Origin: Cyanidioschyzon merolae | Taxonomy: Eukaryota | Length of the DNA: 64,000 nt | Strand: one strand, 5' to 3' | Assembly: GCA_000091205.1 (NCBI GenBank) | Contig: AP006483.2 | Shown: piece by piece, positions 1 to 11,700 of the stretch | Numbering within the stretch: position 1 is the first letter of the stretch | How the letters are laid out: each line of letters begins with the position of its first letter | Notes under the pieces: generated by a model | Database searches by the model: none | Told to the model about the DNA's origin: nothing | What the model saw: the letters and a program-made list of their open reading frames with translations, nothing else | Program-made: the position numbers and the translations under genes

Positions 1-1200
1 TTCCCTCCGTATACCATGCTCAAATGCCGCATGCTTCAATTGTTTGGAACAGTTCGTTTTGAGGCTGCTCGTAGGGCAGCTATCTGTGCGGACGCACTGA
101 CGAGAAAAACTTCAGCGTCGTCATATGCGGAATCCTCCACAAGTTCAAGGAAAACGTTCTTCGAGACGAGCACGTCAAATCATCGATCTCGTTCGGAAAG
201 ACAAACCTTCATCTCTTTGCGGCCATCAATGAGATGGACATCGACACCCGGCTGATTCCCCTCATGGGATATGCGTCAAGACGCCCCCGTCGCTTCTTTT
301 TTGCACGGCAGAGCGCCTTGAACTCCGAATGCAGTCACCACAGCCATCGCTTCCGATGTCGAGTTCGGTACCGTGTTGCACGAAGCGAGCATGCGAGGAT
401 CGAAAATGCTCCGCATGATTTCCGATGTTGATTCTTATTCGGTTACTCGTTTCATCATGGACGACATCGTGTTCTAGAAATCCTGTATCGAATGGACCAG
501 CGTTCGCTACCCTCTGCAGCAGATAGAACAGGCTCAAAAGGGATCGCCCAGAAGAAAGCACGCGATCGAGGGATATCGTAAGGGGTACGGCATTGGGGAG
601 GCGCTTCGAGGAGAGGCCCCACGGACGTGTTTCAAGAGCATGCATCAAGCGATGATATGAGTCTTCATGCGCCACAGGGCAGCGCCCGACGGTGGAGCTG
701 TTGTTGAGCTTTCGGAAATACTGTCTATAGCAAAGTGTAACCGCTGCGGGGAGTGCACTGCAGAAGTAGGCAAAGGCGTAGAAAACGGCAAGCAAAGCGT
801 AGCTCGCGACGAACTTCGGTACCTGAAAAATGTCGACAACAGCTGGAAGCTGCAAAATCGCGATGTTTCTGCTTCCATCAATACCTTTTGACTCCAAGCA
901 ATAGAGCTGAAGGGAAAGAAGAGCCCGGCGTGTTTCATGCCAAAGCTCAACGGGAGAGGAAAACAATGCAGTTGAAGAAAAATCCGCCAGAAGCTAGTGT
1001 CGATGACAGTGGACAGTGATACAAACTTCAGCATGGACGCCCGAGTTGGCTGCGTGCGCCTTGCCCATTTCATTCGAACATGAGTATAACGCATCCGGCA
1101 TTCTACAGCAGCGATGACACCACATGGACAGGGACGAAGGATCTGGGCCCTAGACGATCCGCAGCGTTGCACGACGTGCGCACCTTGCGTATCCAGCCCG

Positions 1201-1400
1201 CTTCCCCGGATGCCTCCATGAAAACCATCATCGGGTATGTACCATGCATGGCGATGATGCGTTATTCAGTGAGAGGGAAATGCAAGCCTGCACGCCTTGC
1301 CCGAACGCCTCTATGAAAACCATCATCGGGTATGTACCATGCATGGCAACGATGCGTTTATCAAAGAACCCGGGCTCGCGTGCTGCCTCGCAGCTGGTAC
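1201..1400. repeat. Imperfect direct duplication with ~100-bp period; ~55-bp core (ctccatgaaaaccatcatcgggtatgtaccatgcatgg...) at 1211-1262 and 1311-1362
   Basis: Two near-identical ~52-nt blocks 100 bp apart, read directly from the sequence; each contains GTATGT. Confidence 0.6.
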
Positions 1401-2447
1401 GCCATTTGCGTCGGACGCGCTCCAGTGCGTGGATCCGACTCGAGCGTGCGACAGTCAAGTTGCTTCATGGAGGCAGCTGTGGTGTCTGTTTAGGTAACCA
1501 GCGATCATCATCATTTTGCGCATTGGATTCTTTGGGATTCGCGTGAGCAAACCTATCACGGACGCATTAGAGAAGCAGAGGAAACACCTGATCTCTCGAA
1601 AGCGGACACCTGCCAGGGTACACGACAGAGCCCTTCTGTACTGATTCAACAGCCAGGGCTGCGCATTCAGCGCGATAGCTAACCCATGCACTCGACTCGA
1701 AATCGTCAAGTTTCCAGCAAGTACGGCGTTTCTCTATTGACACTGCATGCATCCTATTCTAGATGTTGTTGAACGCGACGGCTTCGTAACATCTACTGCG
1801 CTTTCATCCCTACCAACAAGTACAAGTGCCAGATCCACAGCCGGATCGCCAGAAGTATCGATCTCGTCCCGGAAAAAAGGACTTGGAGCCCGCATTGCCA
1901 GTCGCCCGCATCTCTAGGGCCGTTTGATGCACGCCGCAGCGGCACTGCGTCCATTGCTGGTGCAGCGCCAGCGCGGTACCCTCGGCGATGTCCGCTTTGT
2001 CCAGACCTAGGATCGATTTCGAGAGCGTGCCTCGCCTGCGTTCGACGCGAGGGCGTACACGTGTCCCATTTTCTCCTCCGACGGTTCCACGTTGTAGGCC
2101 TACCCGCGATCGCCGGCCATTCTTTTCTTTGCAGATTGGTGCACTTACCCAAATAAGGCAGTTCGGAGCGGGCATAGTTCTCCGCTCTATCTCTACTGCC
2201 AAGTCCGACACTTTTGGGGTTATCGGTGCAACAAGGCAGGTCTCGGTGTGAAACAAAACTGGCTTGGGCGCTAGCTGCCGGAACAAACCGCCTCGTACAG
2301 CATACCGTGCCTCAGGGCGAATACCCCTGGGAGCGGTGCTGAACATCGTAAAGTGCGTTCCAGATAACAAAGACTGTTCAGGGGGGTTTTGGTATCTGAT
2401 TGAACTTATTGCGAAAGCCTTTGACTCCATTGTTTTATTGGTTTGAC

Positions 2448-3645
2448 ATGTACGGATCAGGTGCTGGAGCCTTTGCGGGGCAGGAGCAGTTCGCCGCGCA
2501 CGCAAGTCGACGGACCTCGTTGGAGATGCCGTTGCAGGAGCGGGCCACGCACGCGGCCCCTCGAGGTGAACTCGAAGCTGTCGGTCAGAGCGCTGCATCG
2601 CAGGCGAGTCCGAGCGACGCTGCGTCGCCCGCGGAGCGTCCCAAGCCCGCTTCCTCTGCGAGTGCTTGCTCACACGCGAGCGTGCCGCTCTGGGAGAAGC
2701 GGTCGTTACCTGGATTCCGCATCGACACGACACCCGTGGTCCATACGAACGGAAAGGATTCGGGTTTTGGAATTCGCTCGGGCAGTACGCTGTCGTTAGC
2801 TTCGCGCTCAGATGCGCCTGGCGACGCGGTGCATATACCTTCTCGCAGGGGTACCCTGAGTAACCTGAGCAGAGCGAACCTAAGCGAGCAGCCCTTTGCT
2901 ATCTCGCCGACGAAGAAAGAGCTGAGATCGCCCGGTGCGCTCGAGCCGAATATCGGACGCGGCTGCAGCAGCTGCCGACCCGCACACACAGGAAACCGGA
3001 CTCCCGGCTGGGGCGCGCAGTCGCGCACATCTACGCACGAGACACGTCCAGAAGCGCACCCATGGACAACACCAACAGCAGCAGCAACAGCAGCAGCAGC
3101 AGCACATCCACCACGGACGCCTGCAAGTGCACCGCCCATTGGCGCCCACGCAGTCAACGACCTGTACAAAACAGAACTGTGTCGGTCGTGGATAGAGACT
3201 GGCGCCTGTCGCTACGGGAGCAAGTGTCAGTTTGCGCACGGACAGGAGGAATTGCGCCCGCTACCCCGCCATCCGAAATACAAGACCAAAGTGTGCAAAA
3301 ACTTTGCGGAAAATGGAAGTTGTCCCTACGGGAGCAGGTGCCGCTTTATTCACGAACGTACCCGAACGGGAAGCTTTGAGGGTCTCGAGCCCGAGCTCCT
3401 AGCTGTCGTGACGGCTGGCTCCAGCGCGACACCACGCAAACTGCCCATCTTCGAGCAGCTCCACCACAGCATCGAAATCGATACCGCCCGCCCGCTTGGC
3501 GCCAGACCTGCGACACCCAGTCGCGAGTGTGTCTCGCCGGAGCGCCAGCGAGACCGCTTTTTCGGAACATTCGTTGCTGAGCCGCCTTCGCCTCCGTCGC
3601 CTGTGCTGTCGTCGCCTGTGCTGTCGTCGTCGCTGCCGCCTAACT

Positions 3646-3678
<33 letters not shown>

Positions 3679-4391
3679 CAGCCGCCGTAAGTGCACAGAC
3701 GACAAACGCCCTCGCGAACTCGTGGCCCGAAAATCCTTTGCTGCCGTCGCCAGGTTCGGGCGCCTGCCTGTCGCTGCCTCCGTCGGCACCGGAAGCGACG
3801 GGAAAGCGGTCTGAGCCCAGCGATCGATCACAGCTGTCGCCAGCGCGAAGCGTGGAAACACCGAATTCGAGGCCGCTGGATGCAACCGCAATATCGTATT
3901 GGAATTGGTGGAGTGCGGAGCACTCGCCAGTGAGCAGGCACGCACTCGAAGCCGCCAAGGTGCTTCCCATGGACGCATTACCGCTATCCGTGAAGCAAGA
4001 GCGCGTCATGACCTGGCACAGTATGGAGGAGAGTCTCAGCCCAATAACGCCGGCAAATATCGTCGCGGGTGCTGCCGCTGAGGAGCTCCCCAAATCCGTG
4101 TCCACCACCTGGGGTAGTGCTCGGAGTCTGTGGACGGCATTCAGTGCGGCCTCGATGCCGCTTTCCGCGACGCCATCGACCCCGTCGCCATCTTCCTCCT
4201 CTTCGTCTGCGTGTCTTTCGGCATTGTCTTCGACAGCGACGCTGAGCCTGAAAGCGGAAAGCGGCGGCGTTGCCGACTCGAAAGAGCGGTGCACGGCGGG
4301 GAGCCAGGACCAGGGCCAGGGCCAGGCCTTGACGCCTGTCGCCGGTCAGAATACCTGTCACGGAAAAGACGCCTTTACATGGATTCATTGA
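2448..4391 (+). CDS. Tandem CCCH zinc-finger protein, TIS11/tristetraprolin (TTP) family
   Basis: Two C-x8-C-x5-C-x3-H fingers with the canonical lead-in: [26 protein letters not shown] and [26 protein letters not shown]. Long low-complexity Ser/Pro/Ala tail. First ATG at 2448 inside the 663-aa ORF. TGA stop. Confidence 0.8.
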
Positions 4392-4405
4392 CGGTTCGCG
4401 CTATG

Positions 4406-5008
4406 TCAGACGTCTGGAAACTCAAACACAACATCCTTGCCCGTAAGCTTCTTGTAAACGATGGCATACGTGTCGATACGATGCTCGACCTGGTTGCGCT
4501 CGTTGGGGTCCAGGTGCACCCGCAACAGGCGCGTCTGGTCCGTACGGTACAGAATCCGTTTCCCGACAATATCCGTGGGGTACACGACGTCTTCGAGGTA
4601 TGCCTCATGGACAGCTGTGAGCGTGCGTGAGTGTGGACGTTTCTGTTTCAAGAGCCGGCGCCCGTTCCGCTCCCTAGGCAGAATGCGTCGTTTCCCGATG
4701 ATCACGACCTGCTTCCCACTGAACTTTTTCTCTAGTTCTCGTACAAGTCTCGTGTGCACTCGGTGGTACTTGGACAGGAGACGGTACGGAACAACAAGCA
4801 AAATGGCGCGACGTCCACCACCACCTACATCGATTTCCACGGCGCTATGAAACACGAGCTCGCGCAGGTCCGCGCGCCACTCCGCCGACCCCGACTCGAG
4901 ATCGTACATCGCTTGTGCCACTTGCTCCTCAATCGGGCTTATGCGCTCTTTCGTTTGTTTCACAATCCTTCTCATGATAACGCCCGAGTCGCTGGGAACG
5001 GTCTCCAT
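4406..5008 (-). CDS. RPS7: 40S ribosomal protein eS7
   Basis: ORF ...AEWRADLRELVFHSAVEIDVGGGGRRAILLVVPYRLLSKYHRVHTRLVRELEKKFSGKQVVIIGKRRILP...TLTAVHEAYLEDVVYPTDIVGKRILY...KKLTGKDVVFEFPDV matches eS7 along its whole length. Start may instead be the internal Met at 4975 (MRRIVKQ...). Confidence 0.9.
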   Translation of the reverse strand: METVPSDSGVIMRRIVKQTKERISPIEEQVAQAMYDLESGSAEWRADLRELVFHSAVEIDVGGGGRRAILLVVPYRLLSKYHRVHTRLVRELEKKFSGKQVVIIGKRRILPRERNGRRLLKQKRPHSRTLTAVHEAYLEDVVYPTDIVGKRILYRTDQTRLLRVHLDPNERNQVEHRIDTYAIVYKKLTGKDVVFEFPDV

Positions 5009-5297
5009 CGTTTCGGAGAGTACTGGTCAGCGTCTGCACGCGTATGTTTCCGCAAAAGCGCAGCCCAGTGCTCGCCAGGGGTCGCAGCGGCAGGGACGGG
5101 CCGGGCGCGGCGGCGACGGCGGCGATCGCGGCGATCGCCACCACATCATTACGCTTTATATATCAATTTACGAGAGCAAATCCCAAGACGTACGGGACCC
5201 AAGGATCGAAACCTCGTCTCGCTAGGAGCGGATGCGGCCTTCGGCGGCGGCGGCGGCGGCAACGATACACCACCGTCAGAGGCAGGCACCGTCTCAA

Positions 5298-5379
5298 AAG
5301 CGAGATGGCGCAGCGGAAGCGTGATGGGCTCATAACCCATAGGTCCGACCGAACGCTCTTTTGCCACTCGCCTCGCTCC
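5298..5379 (+). tRNA. tRNA-iMet-derived sequence with aberrant T-arm (pseudo-tRNA or tRNA-derived element)
   Basis: AGCGAGA-TG-GCGC-AGCGGAA-GCGT-G-ATGGG-CTCATAA-CCCAT-AGGTC is near-identical to eukaryotic initiator tRNA-Met through acceptor 5' strand, D-arm, anticodon arm (CAT) and variable loop. The following 25 nt do not form a canonical T-arm. A partially complementary acceptor 3' strand (CCTCGCT) followed by CCA is present. Confidence 0.3.
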
Positions 5380-6738
5380 AGAATACATCGCTTCCCCATA
5401 TCTGCCCTAGCGTCGACGCATCTCGGGGGCGTTTCCCATGTACAGGACCATGGGCACCGTCCAGGCGAGATCGACTGCAGCACCACACCAGGCAGGAGAC
5501 GTCGTGCGACGTTCCCCGAGATGCCGCGCACCAAGCACCGCTTCGGGATTCAGGCGCAGCAAGCCTGGGCGTGCATCGACCACACCGATCGATGCTGCCG
5601 GAGACCGTCGGGCATCCCCGATAAGCACTCGAACCCGGCGCACGAAACGGACAATCAGTGAAGCTATGCGCGTTCATCCGCAACTGCGCACCGATGACGG
5701 TGTTCACGAAGCGTCGCACAGCGGGTGCCAGCGCCATATATTCCCATTGCTGCCGCCGAGCAGCGCATCATCCACGGCCGGTATCTGCGTACCAGACGGC
5801 ATCGTCGGGAGCGCCCGCGGCTTCAGCGCTTTTGGGCGACGGCAGCACACATGCGCACAGCGACACAGTACGCATCCCATGCGTCTACCTGGATGTGATC
5901 GGATGCACCTGTGCCGCTGATGCCCAGCGAAGCGATCTCACGTGCTCTACATGCATGGGAACGTTGGGCTAGTTTCTGCTCTGCATTTCCCAGATGCGAA
6001 TGAGGCTTGAAGAATCGAGCGGGTCTGCAGGTGCCGAGCCTCACATGAGCGGTCACTGCAACGCATGCCATGTCGCCACAGTCGCGCAACAGAGACAGGC
6101 CGAGCGCACCGCACACCCCTGCATGGGCATGGGTTCAAAGCGCGTCTGCTGAGGGGCACGCTGTTGCGGCTGCTGGGGCTTCTCTACCTCGCCCGGCAAC
6201 CGGGGCATGCCAAGTGCGCGCCCTGACGACACACCCGGTCCGAAGTACCCGCGATAGCGATGCAAGCGCACGCTGATTCTCGAGAACAAATACGCATCAT
6301 CGTTCGGCGTTGATGGGCGCGAAAACCTCCACCATTCCGCTGGCTGCCGCAGCGGCAGACTGTAAGCGCGGATTCGTAACCAGCACCCGGGCCTTGTCAT
6401 TGCCGTGGTCGATCTAGACACGCGAGGAGCACAACCCGACCAGGAGCGAGTACGGAGCAGGCAGTGCTGTTGCGTTTATCGCTCGCGAAACGAGTATTGC
6501 TGTGGAAGACGCAAATGCGCTCGAAGCGCGCCGCTGTTGCAAACACCTACACATCAATACACAAATATGCTGAAGGAAGCTTCGCAGGAAAGCTGCTTTT
6601 TAACGACGCGCACCACGCGGTATGCATATCTCGTCGAAAAAAAGCGCCCGATATGAATGTACCAATCCGCTCATCAGGCCTGAATAACCATGAACTTTAC
6701 ACGGGGATACGGCTGCACCGATTCATCGTCCTAAACCG

Positions 6739-6847
6739 CTACTCCCGTTTCGTCGAGAACGCACCCAGTGCTGGTCGGCTCGCTGGTGTCGCCAGTGTCA
6801 CCGGTGACGTCCGCTGATGTCCATCCGCAGTATGATCATAGTCAGCA

Positions 6848-6884
<37 letters not shown>

Positions 6885-8709
6885 CAGTAGTAGTAGTCGA
6901 ATGTTGCAGCGACGCGTAAAACACGCGCAGTTCCTCAAAACGAGCAGCGCATGCGGCTGCGCTTCGTGTCGGAACGAGGGAGGCGATAAGCTGCCACCGG
7001 GCTGCACCTTTGGAAGCACCAAAACGTCGCAGCGCCTCCTCCAGTTGCCGCTGCTCACTGACCGTCCAGGAAGCAACATTCGGTGGCGTCAGGCTGGCAA
7101 TGCGTTGACCAACGCTCTGTGGCGCCCGCATGAGCGCCTGCGCTTGAGCCCGTATCTCAGCCGGCGTATACCGGTGCTGCAACGCTTCCGCGATGCGCGT
7201 CCAGCGGTCTCGCGTACCAGCGGGATACTTTTTCAGTGCACGCGAGAGAAGCGCCAGCTCCTGCGCACTCCATGCATCCGCATTTGCAGCGCGCTGCGTA
7301 GACGCGGCATCAGGAGCAATCGTCGCTGCCCCATTTCGGCAACCGCCCACACCGCATGACGTTTCGTGCGATCCCTCTGCGTCTCCGCTGAGCGATGACA
7401 ACCGCGACGACGAGTTAGAGCCGGCAGTCGTCGCGAGTGCAGCTGCATCGCCACCCGCATCCATGGTGGTGCTTCCAGCGTCTGCGAACTCGCCGCGATG
7501 CCTCTGATGCCTTTCGAGCGCATCAGCGCGCCCGGCACGTCCGGTACCCTCATGAACACCAGGCGGTTGTACCAGTGTCTGGCACTGTGCCCCAGGCGTC
7601 ACTCGATGATCCGTGGACGCATGCGACGCCACTGCGTCTACTTCCACAGACGCAGTGCGCAACGCAGGGCGCACAGCTTCTCCATAGACGGCTGCATTCT
7701 GAGATAATGACGTTTCCGCGGGATGCTGCGCCTGCGCAGGCGCTCCATCCGCTGCCTCCAGCCACTGCTCCCGAAAGCGTCGCCGTGCTGCCCGCTCAGC
7801 CGCTTTGCGCTGGCGCTCAGCTTCGCGTATCCTGCGCATACGCGGATCCAACCGATAACTCCGCTCGACAAGCTGCCGAATACGTGCGCGCTCCAGCTGC
7901 TTCCGTCGCAGGCGCGCTTTGCGCTCCTGGCGTTCATGAAAGCGACGTTCCTCGCGAGTCATACTCTGATCCTCCCACAGCTGATCCGCATCTTCCGAAG
8001 GGAACTCGCGCCACGACTCAAACGCTTGCCAGAACGCGTAAAACGCTAGCACTTCATCGTCTGGTGTCGAGGCATCGCCGAGAAGCGGCACCGGCTGCCG
8101 GCAACTCCAGCGTGCATTGCGGCGAAACGTTGCCCCGAAGACTGCGTAGAACGCAGCTTCATCGTGCGCATCCTCTTCATCCGGGACACTATCGTCAAAG
8201 TTTCCGTCCTTCGAGTCATAAATCAGGCGACGTTGCGGGTGTAGGAGCACCCGCAGCGCCTGCTGGAGTCCCTGGAATACCTCATGCGCCTGCTGACGTG
8301 CGTTCGGAGACAGACGCACCACTCGATCCGGGTGCACAGCAAGGGATACCCGCTTATACGCTTGTCGAATATCGTCTGTGCTGGCCAGGTATCGAATGTT
8401 TTCCAGTCCCAAAAGCCGGTACCAGTCGCCTTGGCGAACAGCGATCAACAATGCGTCCAGCTTTGCCGGTTGTGGTGCGTTATCCGACACGCTCGGGTCG
8501 TCGTGCGTGCCGGTGGAGTCGGCTTCAGGCAACGCATCGCGAAGGCTGGACTCAAAGCACTCGAAGAAGGTACGCCCAGCGCACTCGAGGCGCCTCGGGC
8601 GACAGCGCGCTGCGGACGCGAACACCGCACTAGCCGCTGATGTCGTGCTAGCGTACGGAAGCGCCCGCCTGGGTCCCGTCTGTGACCGGGATCGGCTCTC
8701 GTGCTCCAT
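6739..8709 (-). CDS. DNAJC2: DnaJ homolog subfamily C member 2 (zuotin/MPP11/ZRF1-like): J domain plus two SANT/Myb domains
   Basis: J domain DWYRLLGLENIRYLASTDDIRQAYKRVSLAVHPDR (HPD motif). Two SANT repeats (WSAQELALLSRALKKYPAGTRDRWTRIAEAL...; WTVSEQRQLEEALRRFGASKGAARWQLIASLV...). Charged RRKQLERARIRQ middle region typical of zuotin. ATG at 8707-8709. TAG stop. Confidence 0.8.
6860..6905. repeat. (AGC)n/(AGT)n trinucleotide microsatellite encoding poly-Ala in the DNAJC2 C-terminus
   Basis: agcagcagcagcagcagcagcagcagcagcagtagcagtagtagtagt. Confidence 0.7.
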
Positions 8710-8727
8710 GCATGGAAGAGGAGTCTT

Positions 8728-11700
8728 TTACCAAGGCACAAAGTCTGCAGGGATGTTCTCGAAAACCCCAATGGTGCCGTCGTGTGCTGCAACGACGACC
8801 ACCAGGCCGTCAGAAGTGGACGTTGCGCGCAGCAGTGCCGCCGTACCAGTTGCAGACGACGACAAGGGCGTTGCTGCTGCTGCTGCTGCTGCTGTTACTG
8901 GTGCTGGTGCTATTTTCGCACGTGTTGGGTAGATGGAAGTGGACGGGCTTCGCTCGATGACGTCCAGTCGATTGGTGCTGCGCTGGGGTGCAAACACCGC
9001 AGCTGTAACGTGCGCTTCACCGAACGGCATGAAGGCCTCGAAACGGTCGTTACGGTAACGACGAATACGAGGCAGTTGACTCGAACTGGTACCGTCGCGG
9101 CTTGTGCCTGCTGCTGCGCTGCTGGACGGATTCGAGGTCAATGCGGATGCGGATGCCCGTTCCGACAGCATACGGTCTGGATAGTACTGCTGCTCGGTAC
9201 GGGCCGCATTCGTCGTGCTACTCGGGTTGTTGGTGTTGGTAATGGGCCCTGAGTGCCGCGTCTGCGGGTTACTCGCAAGTGCCGCTGACGCTTCGGGTGC
9301 CATTTCATGAGCTGCAGCAGCGGTGCCGCCACCTGCGTCACGCAACCGGGGCGTGCCTTTCGACCACTGGCTTAGGTGCAAGGCACAACCGGGTGCGCTG
9401 TGGTGTCCGGCTTGCTCGTACAGCACCGTATTCCAGATGTAGACGAGCCGATCCTCACTAGCCGTGATCACGTACCGAAAATCGTCACTGAAACTTGCCC
9501 GGATATGGTTCCAAGTACAGGAGTGTCCGACGAACTTGCTTACAATGCGCAAGTCCTGAACCCGATACAACCGTATACGACTGTCGTTGGTGCTGATCAA
9601 TACTTCGTAGTGCTGAGAGCTGTTGCTGCTGCTGCTGCTGCTGCCGGTGTTGCTGCTGCTGTGTGCACTCGGTGCCATGGTCGCTGCAAACTCGTTGCCG
9701 GCGTTCTGTCCAGGTACGAAAACGTTGGAGGTCGTCGACACCGCTGGAGCGGTACTGCCGCTGCCGCTGTTGGTGCCTCGACCAGGGCCTCGATCCGGTG
9801 TTGGCATCATGGCGAAACTGGTGATTTTGCTGCCCTTGCTATTGCGTCCGCGACGACTGTGCACCTCCAGGGTCGTGATGTACTGGAGAGCCCGTTCGCC
9901 CTCCTCGAAACGGACAACGTTGTAGACTTTGCACTCACCGCGATACGTGCCAACGAGCGCCTGCTCGCCGTTGGGTGTAAACCCACAAGCGGTTACGAGG
10001 CCCCGCACTTCTGCATAGTCTGAAACGTGCCGCGAGCTAATGTTCCAGAGACGAATACGCTCGTCCAAAGAGCCACTGAGGAAGAAATTCTCGTTCCGCG
10101 GATGAAAGGCGACACAGGTTACAAAATCGGCATGCAGGAACTTGCGCAACACCTGGTTGTAGTCTACGTGCCAAAGACGCACAGTTTTGTCCATAGAGCT
10201 GGATAAAAGGAAATTATTGGCAGACCACGCGACACAGAGAACGTCACCCCCGTGTCCGCGAAACACTCGATGAGGCTCTCGGACCTCGAATAGACAGCGT
10301 GCGTACAGACGCTCGGGTCCGTCGTCCACGGTGACCGCTGCTCCGTCGCTGCTTTCCGGAGGCGGGGTCAGCAGCCTTTGAAACGCTCGCGCGCCTGCCG
10401 TAGCCGGTGAGCGCAACCAGCTGGCAATCTCCAACAAGTCCGCATTCGAATAATTCAGCGTGTGCGGCTCGTTCTGCACTTTCCAAACCATGATCACGGC
10501 GTCTTGACCGCCAGTCGCCAGATATCGACCATCGGCAGAGAATTCCATACTCCAGACAGGTCCTGTGTGCGGCCTGAAGCACTGTACCAGACACATGTTG
10601 GCGGTGGTGTTAGCTCCTCGCGACTTGTTCGGAGCATGGACGCGCACAAAGCGCTGTGCAACACGGAATTCCCGAAGCAGCCGTTGGTACTCGCGCTTGT
10701 TCAAAGCGCTACCCTTTTCAGGGAACTTGAATAGAAAGCGCGGCCTACCGAGTACGGTCGTGTCCTCAGTGATAGCGCGTTGCGTCGCTGTACTGGCAGT
10801 AGCTGGTGCGGCGGCTTTTGTAAGCAGGCCCCGGTCGAGGCTGCCCGCGGGTGACCGAAAATCCTCGACTGTGTCGTCGACTACGGAGCCGAACGCTTTT
10901 CCATCGCCAGCGAGCGGCGTCTCTGCGGCCGCACCGGCGGTTGATGTCAGCGATGTGAGCGAGTCTGCACCGGCTTGCACTCGCTGTGTATTGAGCATTG
11001 CACCGTCTTGCCTGGTGCGGGTCGCTGCCGACTTGCTGTGCTGCAAAGCCGCGGCTTGTGTCGAGGATATCGAGGGCGACGCATGCGTCGGTGCTGTTTT
11101 CGCGCGCGGTAATAATGAAAATGCTCGAATTCGCCCCAGTGGCGTCGAGGAAAAGGTACGTGAACGGCGACTTTTCGTACCGGAGCTTGCGCCCGTCGGA
11201 TCGTCCTGGTGGGGGTCACGACGCTGCATGACGGAACGTTGTCGCCGCATCAGTTGCTGCACTGTATCCGCGGAAGTCATCTGGGCAACTTCCTGCTCAG
11301 TGAGATACCGTTCTTCACCGGTATCCAAGTTCTTAATAAGAAATTCTACACCCTGCTGCGGCTTCCTCGAATCACCCGCGGATCGCTCTCTCATCCGAGT
11401 GATCACTTGAAACCCAGCTTGATCCACTTCAGCAGTACCGAACTCTAGAAGCAGATCTCGTCGACTCGAATCCGGAGACGGTTTGCGCAGTGGCTGGGTT
11501 AGCCTGTGCAGCAAACTGCGTCCCGACTCTGGGGCAGTGCTGAGGCGGCCCCTCAGGTCCGTGTCACCACCTGCACTGGTGCCGATTGGTGCAGCTAAAC
11601 TGCCGCTTCCGCTCCTTTCGAAAGCCGGCGGGTACGTGGCGTCATCGACACTGCGGCTGCGATGCCGCTGACCGGTGCTGGAACCCGAGCGCTGATGCTC

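Noticed and set aside
262-966. 234-aa minus-strand ORF with one hydrophobic segment near the window start
   Set aside because: No similarity I can recognise and no supporting signal; could be real, but evidence is insufficient to call.
1810-2733. 307-aa minus-strand ORF overlapping the start of the CCCH zinc-finger gene
   Set aside because: Arg/Ala/Pro-rich GC-frame artefact with no domain signal. It overlaps a confidently identified gene start; GC-rich DNA yields long stop-free frames by chance.
5000-6700. Dense overlapping ORFs on both strands (e.g. 5044-5661, 5163-5534, 6053-6421)
   Set aside because: Mutually overlapping in all frames, extreme GC (GGC/GCG runs), no recognisable motifs. 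Treated as the eS7 upstream/intergenic region, apart from the tRNA-like element.
9376-11410. Long plus-strand ORFs (9376-10023, 10565-11410) inside WDR44; similar antisense ORFs inside SAC3 (20216-20752, 22252-23088), importin (38500-39027) and CDC20 (44584-45126)
   Set aside because: Antisense shadow ORFs of well-supported genes in GC-rich sequence; no independent domain evidence.
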